This document shows, piece by piece, positions 23,986-35,309 of a stretch of 64,000 nucleotides of DNA (the stretch's first letter is position 1; every line of letters starts with the position of its first letter). This DNA is from Mobula hypostoma. Its lineage: Eukaryota. The translations under genes and the position numbers were made by a program. A model generated the notes under the pieces. The model had not been told where the DNA came from and did no database searches. It saw nothing but the letters and a program-made list of their open reading frames with translations. The DNA lies in contig NC_086097.1 in the NCBI RefSeq assembly GCF_963921235.1, positions 168,952,001-169,016,000 of the forward strand, in the 5' to 3' direction.

Positions 23986-26900
23986 TGAAGCATTAATCTG
24001 GCTAGTCCCAGTGACGTGCAACTGGACCATAGCCCTTCATACCCCTCCCATCTATGTACCTATCCAAATTACTCTTAAATGTTGAAATTGACCACTTGCT
24101 CTGGCAGCTTGTTCCACACTCTCACCACCCTCTAAGTGAAGAAGATTCCCCTTAAACATTTCACCTTTCACCCTTAACCCATGACCTCTAATTGTAATCT
24201 CACCCAACCTCAGTGGAAAAAGCCTGCTTGCATTTACCCTGCCTATACTCCTCATAATAATGTACACCTCTATATAATCTCCCTTCAATCTTCTACAGTC
24301 TAGGGAATAAAGTCCTGACCTACTAAACCTTTCCCTTTTACTCAGGTCATCAAGTCCCCGCAACATCCTTGTCAATTTTCTCTTTCTTTCAATCTTATTT
24401 ACGTCTTTCCCGTAGGTTGATGAATGAAACTGCACGCAATGTTCTAAATTAGTCCTCACCAATACCTTATACAATTTCAATATAACATCACAAACTTTGT
24501 ACTCAATACATTGATTTAGGAAGGCCAATATGCCAAAAACTTTCTTTACATCCCTATCTACCTGTGACACCACTTTCTAAGAATTATGGATCAGCATTTT
24601 CAGATCCCGTGCTCCTTACTGCCCTACCACTCACCATGTAAGAACTACCCTGGTTGGTCTTCACAAAATGCAACACCTCACACTTGCCTGCATTTAGTTC
24701 CATCAGCCATTTTCCAGCCCATTTTTCCAGCTGATTCAGATCCCATTGCAAGCTTTGATAGAATTCCCCATTGTCTATTACACCCCGAATCTTGATGTCA
24801 TCTGCTAACTTGTTGATACAGTTAACCACATTATCATCCAGATTATTGATATAGATGACAAACAATAATGGACCCAGCACCAATCCCTTAGGCACTCCAC
24901 TAGTCAGAAGTCTCCAATCAGAGAGGCAACCATCTACTTGCACTCTTTGGCTTCTCCTGTAAAGCCAATATCTAATCCAATTTAGCACCTTATCTTGAAT
25001 GCTAAGTGACTGAATCTTCTTGACCAACCTTCCATGCGGGACCTTGACAAAGGCCTTGCTAAAATCCATGTAGAAAACATCCACTGACTTGCATTCATCA
25101 ACTTTCTTGGTAACTTACTTGAAAAACTCTATAAGATTGGTTAGAAATGAATTACCATGCACAAAGCCATGTTAACAATCTGTAACCAGTTCCTATCTAT
25201 CCATATACTTAAATATCTGGTCCCTTAGAATAACTTTCAATACCTTTCACACTATTGATGTCAGGCTCACCAGCATATAATTTTCTGACTTATTCTTAGC
25301 CATTCTTAGATAATGGAAAAATATTAGCTATACTTCAATCCTCCGGCACCTCACCTGTGGCTAGGGATGTTTTAAGTATCTCTACTAGGGTCCCTACAAT
25401 TTATGCACTGGCCTTCCACAGGGTCCAAAAGAACACATTGTCAGGCCCTAGGGATTTATTTACCCCACTTTGCTTGAAGACAGCAGACACCTCCTCCTCT
25501 GTAATCTGTATAGGGTTCATGACCTCACAATTGCCTCACATCTATAAACTCTGTCCATTTCCCGAGTAAATACAGATGTAAAAAATCCATTGAAGATCTC
25601 CCCCATCTCTTTCATCTCCATGCATAAATTAGCACTCTGATCTCGCAGAGGACCATTTTTGTCCCTTGCTATCCTTTTGCTCTTAATCTATCTGCAGAAA
25701 CCTTTAGGATCTCCTTTACCTTTGCTGTTAAAGCAACCTCATGCCTGTTTATTAGCCTTCCTAATTTCCTTCTTAAGTGTTCCCTTGCATTTCTTATACT
25801 CCTCAATTACCTCATTTGTTCCTACCTGCCTATAGCTGCTAAGCAACCATTTTTTTTCTTAACCAGGGTCTCAATATCTCTCGAAAACCAAGGTTCCCTA
25901 AACCTGTTATTGTTGCCTTTTATTCTGACAGGAACATACAAACCCTGTACTCTTAAAGTTTCACTTCTGAAGGACCCCCACTTACCAGAAAACAACCTGG
26001 CCCCAATCCGCACTTGCCAGATCCTTTCCGATACCATCAAAATTGGCCTCTCTCCAATTTAGAATCTCAGCCTGAGGACCAGACCTACCCTTTTCCATAA
26101 TTACCTTGAAACTAATAGCATTATGATCACTACATGCCAACTGTTTCCCTACACAAATTTCTGTCACCTGCCCTGTCTCATTCCCTAAATGGCAATCTCA
26201 TATGGCCCTGTCTCATTCCCTAAATGGCGATCTCTGTTACTGGGACTTCTATATCCTGATTAAGGAAATCTTCCTGAACACAATTGATAAACTCTTTCTC
26301 ATCCAGCCCTTATACAGTATGGGAATCCCAGTCAATATGAGGAAAGTTAAAATCAAGAACTATCACAACATTATGTTTCTTGCAACAGTCTGCAATCTCT
26401 CTATAAATTTGCTCCTTTAAATACCACGTACTGTTGTTTGGTCTATAATATAACCCCATTAACGTGGTCATACCTTTCTTATTCTTCAATTCTACCCATA
26501 AAGCCTCACTCGACAAGCTCTCCAGTCTGCCTTGACATTTTCCCTGACTAGTAATGTCACATCTCCTCCTTTAATCCCACCTGCTCTATCACATCTAAAA
26601 CAACGGAACCTTGGAATATTGAGCTGCCAGTCCTGTCCCTCCTGCAATCAAGTTTCACTAATGGCTACAATGTCATAATTCCATGTGTTAATCCATGCCC
26701 TAAACTTATCTGCCTTTCCTACAATACTCCTTGCATTGAAATATATGCAGCTCAGAATATTAGTCCCACAATGTTTGACCTTTTGATGCCCAACTTTGTA
26801 TGTAGGCATAAAAACATCTTTCTCCACAACCACTCCACCAACTGGTCTGATGCTATGAACAGCACTTCTTCCCACTAGGGTATTAGTCCCTTTCCAGTAC

Positions 26901-29307
26901 AGGTGCAAACCGTCCTTTCTGTACAGGTCCCACCTTCCCTGGCAGAGAGCCCAATGATCCAAAAATCTGAAGTCCTCCTTCCTGCACCATCTCCTTAGCT
27001 CTGGCCTCACTAGCACATGGCATGGGTAGCAATCCTGAGATCACAACCCCAGAGATCCCGTCCTTTAATTTAGTACCTAACTCTCTGAACTCATTTGCAA
27101 GACCTTGTCACCCCTCCTACCCATGTGGACCATGACCCCTGGCTGCTCACCCTCCCACAAAAGAATGCAGCAGATTTGACCCAAAATGTCACTTACCCTG
27201 GCTCCTGTGAGGCAACGCACCATCCAGGCATCTCTTTCTCATCCACAGAACCTCCTTTCTGTTTCCTTAACCAATGAATCCCCTGTCACCACAACTCGCC
27301 TCTCCTCTCCCTTTCCCCTCTAAGCCACAGAGCCAGACTCAGCGCCAGTGACCTGACTGCAGTGGCTTTCCTCTGCTAGGTCATCCCCCACAACAGAATC
27401 CAAAGCAGTATACTTATTGTTGAGTGGAATGGCAATAGGGATTCTCTGCACTGTCTATTTATCCCCTTTCCTCCTCTAGATGGTCACCCAGTTACCTGTG
27501 TCCTGCACCTTGGGTGCAGCTGCTTCCTGGAATGTCCTGTCTATCAACCCCTCAGCCTCCCAAATGATCTGGAGTTCATTTTAACATGGTTTGTTAGAAG
27601 CTGCAGCTGGATACACTTCTTGCAGGTGTAGTCATCAGGGACACTGAAAATCTCCCCACCTTTCCACATCCTGCAAGAGGAGCATTCCACTATCCTGCCT
27701 GGCATCCCCACTGCCCTAAATGTGCAATAAGAAATAAAGAAAGAATAGATAATGATTAAAAAATCTACCTACAGCCTACGCCTCTTCTCGATGAGCCAAA
27801 GCTTCATCTCCACTGGCTTACTCACACAATGGCCACCCCACTTAAATCTTTTTATTGCACCTTGCCAAGTGCCTAATTATGCACAATCCAATGTCTTCTC
27901 AGGAACTGCAGCATGCAAAACATGTTGGCTGCCCTGCTCGCTTTTTAAAAATTCTCTCTCTCTCTCCCCACGCGATGTAATGTCTCCTCATAAACTGTGA
28001 CACGCAAAATGTGCCAATTGGCTTTTTTTTAATAACTATCTCTCTCTATGGTATCCGATGTCTCCTCAAGTGCTGCTTAGTGATACTATTGTACCTGCCT
28101 TAACCACTTCTTCTGGCAGCTTATTCCAAATATTCACCATCCTCTGTGTGAAAACATTGCCCCTCAGGTTTCTATTAAATTTCTCCACTCTCTTTAATCT
28201 ATATACCTATTTTTGGCCTCTCCTACTCTGGGAGAAATACTGTTAGCATCCACCTCGTCTATGCCTCTCATATTTGCCTATTAAGGCAAAGCAATCTATG
28301 CCAGTTTATGTTCAAGATGAAATGCTCAAAGGGACAGAAAAGAGGAAGACAAATATTAATCAATTGACTGGTTTAGTTCCTGCCCTTTCATAATACTCAC
28401 TAAAACCTACAGAACAGGTACAGATAGTTCTGTGGCAGAGTAGCTTGCTGGTTATTTAGCAACATTATGCATGCTGAAATAAAGGTTGTTCATACTCAGA
28501 TATCTAGATGAAAGTAATGACAGAGAAATAAATCATTTACTTCCTTTCTCCTGCCCAAACATACTCCAGTGGGTTTTTAATCCTACCAACTAAATTTTCA
28601 CACAACTGCCAATTTTCAGCTCTGAAACAATAAAATACTTGCTAGTTGCTAAGGTTTCATTATGAGACATAAGTCAGGAAGCATCACCAAAGTGTAAAAG
28701 AGGAAGTCTGCTGTCTCTTGACAATAAGGTCAGATTTTCATGAAGTATTACTTTGTTTGAAATGTTCTGGAATTTGGAATGTATGAAGGACATGAAACAA
28801 TTGGTACAAACTAAAGACTTAATTCAAATTTTCCATGAGGTCTACTGATTTAATTTTTCTGGCTTTAAGCTAAACAATAATTTATGTTGTTAAACTCGCC
28901 TTGACCCAATTCAAATCAGCTCATTCAGTGCAAACTTTTTTGCTGAGAATATGAATATTCCTAGTCTCAGTTGTATCACAAAATATATCATATTTGGCTG
29001 TAAAAAGCCACTCTCTTTCCATTGTCACGTACACAGGAAAACAGACAGACACAGTGTGTTTTGGATTTGATAATCTGTTTTCATTGTAAGTGGATAAATG
29101 CTTCAAGCTCAAATACAATAAAAAATAAGAGACTCCTTGTTGACATCAATGGTGAGACAAGGCAGATTGAATACGTAGCTGAAGGGCATTACATCAATGG
29201 GCAATGTTGTGCAATATATTTAATTATGGGCACGCTAAGTAATTTCATTTGTGAATTTTTCTGTGAAATGAGTGTTAAATGTAATTGTTTTAGCAGGTCA
29301 GCTCTTA

Positions 29308-29414
29308 ATAGAGACACAAGGGACAGCAGATGCTGGAATCTTAGTCCAGATGCAGGGTTGTGACCCAAAACTTTTACTGTCTATTTCTCTCAACTGATGT
29401 TGTACTGAGTTCCT
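29308..29414. mobile_element. Old, degenerate inverted PLE mini-element
   Basis: Reverse-complement terminus (gacacaagggacagcagatgctggaatc) joined to a decayed hammerhead region; direct repeat tcagctctta at 29298-29307 and 29415-29424. Confidence 0.55.
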
Positions 29415-29424
29415 TCAGCTCTTA

Positions 29425-30400
29425 TAAACACAAAAGATGCTACAGGAAATCTTAAGCAACACAACCAGAATGCTGGAGGATCTCAGCAAGTCAGGTAGCA
29501 TCTATGGACAGGAATAGATATTTTGGGCCATCCCTTCATCAGGACTGTAAAGGGAGGGGGCAGAAGCTAGAATAAGGTGTGGGTAGGAATAGAGTACAAA
29601 CTGGCGGGTGATAGGTGAGACCAGGTGAGAGAGAAATAGGGTGTGTGGAGATGAAGTAAGAAGCTTGGGGGGATAGGTGGAAGAGGTAAAAGGCTGAAGG
29701 AGGAATCTTATAGGAGAGGACAGTGGACCATGGAAGAAACGGAAGGGGGAGGGCTACCAGAGGCAGATGATGGGCAGGTGAGAAGAGAAGGGGTTGACAG
29801 GGTAATCAGAATGATGAATGAAAAAAGAAAAGGAGAGTAGGAAGAAATTATGAGAAGTTGGAGAAATTGAAATTCATGTCATCAGGTTGCAGGCTACCCA
29901 GGCAGAATATGAGGTTTTGTTCCTCCAACCTGAGTTTGGCCTCATTACGGCAATAGAGAGGGCCATGGACAAACAGGTCAGAATGGGAATGGAAAGTTGA
30001 GCTGAAGTGGGTAACCACCGGGACATCCTGCCATCTGTGGTGAATAAAGCAGAGGCACTCGAAGAAGTGGTTCTCAATTTGTGTCATATCTCACTGCTAA
30101 AGAGATGACTACACTGGGAGCACCAGATATAATTTATGACACCAACAAATTCATAGGTGAAGTGTTGCTTCACCTGGAAGGACTGTTTGGGGCCCTGAGT
30201 AGTGGTGAGGGGGGAGGTGCAGTATTTGCTGCACTTGTAGGGATAAGCGCCAAGAAGATCAGTGGTGGGGGGATGAATGGATTAAAAAGTCATATAGAGA
30301 GCAATCTTATGGAAAGGGGAGGAGGGTAGGGAAAGTATGCGTAGTGGTAGGATCCCATTGGAAATAACAGAATATACGGAGAATGATGTGCTGGGATATG
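29425..30400 (-). mobile_element. Penelope-like element 3' fragment (GIY-YIG C-terminus + terminal repeat)
   Basis: ORF 29848-30087 DVPVVTHF...LRLEEQNLIFCLGSLQPDDMN, homologous to 21990-22160 and 50209-50484. Confidence 0.85.
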
Positions 30401-30539
30401 GGTGCCTCTCACCCGGTCTCACCTATTTACTAAAGCAACATGCAGGAAAATGAGCAAAAAATCTTCAGAATGTGAGTGGGCGTGACCTCTATGCAGGAAA
30501 TAAAAACAACTTCTGACCTATACCTGCTATAGATGATCT

Positions 30540-32940
30540 GAGCAATGGGATCAACATGCACGAAACAGCACACCCTAATTCTTTCACCATCGTTTTGGGA
30601 GATTTTAACCAGGCCAGTCTGAAAAAGTCACTAAGCAATTACTATCAACAGATCACTTGCAATACGAGAGGAAACAACACACTGTATCATTGTTACACCA
30701 CCATCAAGAATGCACTGTGCTATTCCACGCTCTCACTTCAGGAAGTCTGATCACCTAGCTGTACTTCTACTCCCTGAGTATAGGCAGAGGCTGAAGACTG
30801 CAGCACCAGGAGTGAGGACCAAGAACGTATGGACAAGGGAAGCACAGGAGTACCTACAGGACTGGTGGACTGGACTGTATTCAGGGATTCATCTTTGAAC
30901 CTGGATGAGTATGCTACATTGTTACCATCATCATTAACACCTGTGTGGATGAGTGTGTGCCTACAAAGACTTGCTGTACATTCCTAAACCAAAAGCCGTG
31001 GATGAACCAGGAGGTATGTCGTCTGCTGAAGGCTTGATCTGTGGCATTCAAGTCTGGTGACCCAGCCCTGTACCAGAGAAACAGGTATGATTTGCGGAGG
31101 GCTATTTCAAGGATGAAGAGACAATTTCAAACGAGGCTGGAGGTGACATCAGATGTACGACAACTCTGGCAGGGTTTATAACACATTACTTCCTACAAAG
31201 GAAAAACCCAATAGCTTGAATGGCAGCGATGCTTCACTACCAGGTGAACTCAATGCCTTCTATGCCCGTTTTGAAAGGGAGAACATAACTACAGCTGTGA
31301 AGATCCCTGCTGCACATGATGAACCTGTGATCTCTGTCACAGAAGCCAATGTTAGGCTGTGTTTAAAGAGAGTGAACCCTCGCAAGGCAGAAGGTCCTGA
31401 TGGAGTACCTGGTAAGGCTCTGAAAACCTGTGCTGACCAACTAGCAGGACATTTTCAACCTTTCACTGCTACGGGTGGAAGTTTCCACTTCTTCAAAAAG
31501 GCAACATTAATACCAACGCCTAAGAAGAATAATGTGAGCTGCCTTAATGACTATCACCCAGTAGCACTCATGTTTACAGTGATGAAATGCTTTGACAGGT
31601 TGATCATGACTAGACTGAACTCCTGCCTCAGCAAGGACCTGGACCCAATGCAATTTGCCCATTGCCACAATAGGTCAACAGCACATGCAATCTCAATGGC
31701 TCTTCACATGGCTCTAGACCACCTGGACAACACAAACACATATGTCAGGATGCTGTTCATTGACTATCGCTCAGCATTTAATACCATCATTCCCAAAATC
31801 CTGATTGAGAAGTTGCAGAACCTGGGCCTCTGTACCTCCCACTGCAAATGGATCCTCAACTTGTGAAGACCACAATCTGTGCGGATTGGTGATAACATAT
31901 CCCCCTCGCTGATGATCAACACTGCTGCACCTCAGGGGTGTGTGCTTAGCCCATTGCTCTACTCTCTCTATAAACATGACTGTGTGGTTAGGCATAGCTC
32001 AAATTACCATCTATAAATTTGCTGATGATACAACCATTGTTGGTAGAATCTCAGTTGGTGATGAGGAGGTGTACAGGAGCGAGATATGTCAGCTAGTGAA
32101 GTGGTGTTGTAGCAACAATCTGGCACTCAACATCAGTAAGACAAAAGAGCTGATTGTGGACTTCAGGAAGGGTAGGGAAAGGAACACATACCAATCCTCA
32201 TAGAGGGATCAGAAGTGGAGAGAATGAGCAGTTTCAAGTTCCTGTGTGTCAAAATCTCCGAGGATCTAACCTGGTCCCAACATATCGATGCAGTTACAAA
32301 GAAGGTAAGAGAGCAACTATACTTTAATAGGAGTTTGAAGAGATTTGGCATGTCAACAAATACACTCAAAATTTCTTATGACATACTGTGGAGAGCATTT
32401 TGACAGGCTGCATCACTATCTGGTATTGGGGCGGGGGGGCGGGGGGGGGGCTACTGCACAGGACCAAAAGAAGCTGCAGAGGGTTGTAAATTTAGTCAGC
32501 TCGAACTTGGGTACTAGCCTACAAAGTATCCTGGAGGTCTTCAGAGAGCAGTGTCTCAGAAAGGCAGCATCCATTACTAAGGACCTCCAGTACCCAGGGC
32601 ATGTCCTTTTCTCACTGTTACCATCAGGTAGGAGGTACAGAAGGCTGAAGGCACACACTCAACGATTCAGGAACAGCTTTTTCCCCTCTACCATTCTATT
32701 CCTAAGTGGACATTGAACCCTTGGACACTAATTCACTTTTTAAATATATTTCTGTTTTTTGAACGATTCTTAATCTATCCAATATACTTATACTGTAATC
32801 TATTTATTTATTTTTCATTATTATTATTATTATTTTATTTTGTTTTTTTCTTCTATAGTATGTATTGCATTGAACCGCTGCTGCTAAGTTAACAAATTCC
32901 ATGACATATGCCGGTGATAATAAACCTGATTCTGATACAT
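30540..32940 (+). mobile_element. Rex1/Babar-type LINE, large decayed ORF2 fragment with 3' UTR
   Basis: APE motifs GDFNQ and KSDHLAV; ORF 31153-31866 RT; KFADDTT; 3' tail gataataaacctgattctga. Confidence 0.9.
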
Positions 32941-33262
32941 GTCAATGGGAATAAATAAAGAATGTAATCAATAATCTGTATGCAAACCTTAATGTGAAAG
33001 CTAGATTATCAACACTTGATAATATATTCTGTGCATTACTTGATTCCACTTGCAAACTATTCTTAAAATTTTGTTTGGGAGTGACCAGAAAAAAAAAATA
33101 TCCGAGCTGGAAGGAAAATGGATACACAATTTATTGCATCAAAAGAGCAAAAACATCTATTTCTTCCTAGGAGTTGGTAAATTATAAAATATTTATAGAG
33201 GAAATGTAATCTATTGCTGGGGTGGGAAGGAGGAATACAAATAAAGATCTACATATTTCAGC

Positions 33263-33442
33263 AACGCACACAAAATACTAGAGGAACTCAGCAGGGCAGG
33301 CAGCATATGGAAAAAAGTAAACAGGTGACATTGATTGATTACTCTTTTCTATAGATGCCGCCAGACCTGCTGAGTTCCTCCAACATTTTGTGTGTGTTGC
33401 TTTGGATTTTCAGCATCTGCAGATTTTCTTGTGTTTGTGATA
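33263..33442. mobile_element. Inverted PLE mini-element lacking the ribozyme core
   Basis: Hairpin of PLE terminal sequence (gaggaactcagcag / ctgctgagttcctc); perfect 14-bp TSD ctacatatttcagc at 33249-33262 and 33443-33456. Confidence 0.8.
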
Positions 33443-34020
33443 CTACATATTTCAGCTTATGTATTTGCTAAACTTCCTTCCGATGACTGAAATACATATA
33501 ATATGCTATAAGGTTTCACTGACAATGTAATGGTTTCTCTGTAGAAGCAATGTTTGGGTTATGACTAAAGATAATGGGGTCAGGAATGCTGTTGTTCTTT
33601 CTTGTGAATTAGAAGAGAGATTTTTGCGGTCTTTTGCCAAGGAGAGATGAGGTGAGAAGACGCGAATGGAGAGAGTTGGTAGACTGCCGGATGGGGTGGA
33701 CTTGGAGCGAGAGTCTGCTGGGCAGCGACGATCGGAGGTGGTCAATGGTGAACAATTGACTTATCAGTGAGTTCAAGTGTTGCACAACGGACTGCTTAGT
33801 AAGATTGTGCCCTTTTTTTTTCTTTTTTTTGTTTCTTTACTAACCACATAGTCAATAATCGTTTAATTGCATATTGTGTACTGTTCGTCATTTCAGGGTA
33901 CTGATTTGTAACAGGGACACATCATGCAGCATCCACCTAAATAAGATTTCTTAAGTTTGGCCAGGCTGGGGGCTATCACCCTCTATATTAAGCCGCTAGC
34001 CGAAGCGAGAGTTACAATTG

Positions 34021-34038
34021 TAGGGGCTCGTCCGGGAT
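34021..34038 (+). promoter_or_regulatory. Primer-binding site, tRNA-Pro
   Basis: taggggctcgtccgggat differs by one base from TGGGGGCTCGTCCGGGAT, 4 nt downstream of the 5' LTR. Confidence 0.85.
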
Positions 34039-34169
34039 TGATTCCGTTGGATGGGGTGTGATTACCCTGAGAAGTGAACCAGTGGGGCAGATATTTGTAC
34101 TCCGGATGAATTGTTAATTCCCCTGTTAAGTACTGTTGAAGTTGCGATTGTGGGTGGAGGTTTGATAAA

Positions 34170-34838
34170 ATGACTGGCGCAGCTCTCGTTTCAATGCAGA
34201 CCAGGCCTGAGGTAGCAGTAGTTGGGGGCGGAGATTTCAAAGATAGGGTTCTCTTGTTTCTGAGGAGTGAGGGGAAAGAGTGGTCAGATTTGGAATGTCT
34301 AATTAGTCCACGTCCCCTAGTGAAGAGTGAGAATTCTGAGTTAGTATCCGCCTTTACTTCTCTGGCGAATAAATGGAAAAATCAGATTCGAAGTCCCAGC
34401 TATGGCAGGCTCTGCCTATTCTCTGGAATAACGCCCACCCCTAAAGGGGAGGAGGAGTATGAGACTTGGGCGGAGAGGACCTCTCAGTTGTTAGATGAGT
34501 GGCAGTGCTCTGATGACGAAAAGCAACAGAGATTGGTTGAAAGTTTGAATGGGCAGGCCGCTGACATTGTGAGAGCTGTCAGGTTGAAATCTCCTGTAGC
34601 AACAGCTGTCAATTACCTGCAAGCACTGGACAATGCTTTTGGTCTCATTGGAAGCCCAATGGAGCTCATGGTGGGGTTTCAGAACATGCGTCAGGAGAAG
34701 GAGGAGAAGATTTCTGCTTTTATTTTTCGGCTAGAGAGGCAGCTAAATTGCTTGCAGCGCAGAGGGGTCATTCAGGCGGCTGAGGTGGATCAATTAAGAA
34801 TGGACCAGATAGCCGGGGCACCCAGTCCCATGACCTGA
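34170..34838 (+). pseudogene. Gypsy gag, PNMA (paraneoplastic Ma)-type capsid
   Basis: YGRLCLFSGITPTPKGEEEYETW...LLDEWQCSDDEKQQRLVESLNGQAADIV...YLQALDNAFG...QEKEEKISAFIFRLE; frameshifted near 34820. Confidence 0.85.
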
Positions 34839-35309
34839 TTGCTTAGGGTCTCCGACAGTCTCGTAAGACGCGCCCCCCTCTTTCTTTTGTTGAGCTGATC
34901 AGAGAGGTACAGGAAGAGGAGAACGCAGCGGCGGCGTGGAAGGACTCAGTCAGCAGGGTACAGTCCTTGGTAGTAGTTCCCTGCGGTGAAGTGACCACAG
35001 GTAGCCTGCCCCATGGAGCGGTAGAGGAGATTGTGGTAGAGTTGAGAATGGAGATATGTCGGCTGTTATCAGCAGGTGTGACTCCCCCATACGATGAAGC
35101 TGATGGGGGGGGCGGATTCCGCAAGGGGACGAACAATGCGGAGGGCTGCTGGCAGCAGGTGTCACACCAGAAGGAGAGTGAGCCCCCCGGTACCTAAGCA
35201 GAGAGAGTCGTTGGGAAACCCTAGAGGAGACCCAGTGAGGGAATGGCCTGGTGTCTCTGGGGAACACGTTCCCAGCAATGTACCAAGGAATCCCCGAAAG
35301 CAAAAGGCC

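Larger units (their letters stand above)
23503..28000 (-). mobile_element. Near full-length, decayed CR1 LINE (ORF1 with Zn-finger and SGNH esterase; ORF2 APE + RT)
   Basis: ORF1 esterase WCRKEDFRFLDHW...LYRKDGLHL running into the APE start CIYFNARSI...YDIVAISET (26648-27016); LYYRP, DFNFPHIDW, SDHN; RT DFSKAF..VPH, GVPKGLVLGPLLF, KLADD. Confidence 0.9.

Noticed and set aside
23555..23993. Repeated ORFs such as MLVNAAGQAASLGRGTVDVSGRDPSSG as a small-protein family
   Set aside because: Incidental translations of the non-coding PLE terminal repeat
28900..29028. U12 AT-AC intron or selenocysteine reading of the AC acceptor and TGA
   Set aside because: No TCCTTAAC branch site, no matching ATATCCT donor at the upstream candidate exon and no SECIS evidence; decay or chance is simpler
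29022..29363. 113-aa ORF (LLVDINGETRQIEYVAEGHYING) as a coding exon
   Set aside because: No convincing splice sites or homology, and it runs into a PLE remnant
34170..34838. Domesticated PNMA/MOAP1 host gene
   Set aside because: It lies within a complete LTR element with PBS and pol, and is frameshifted
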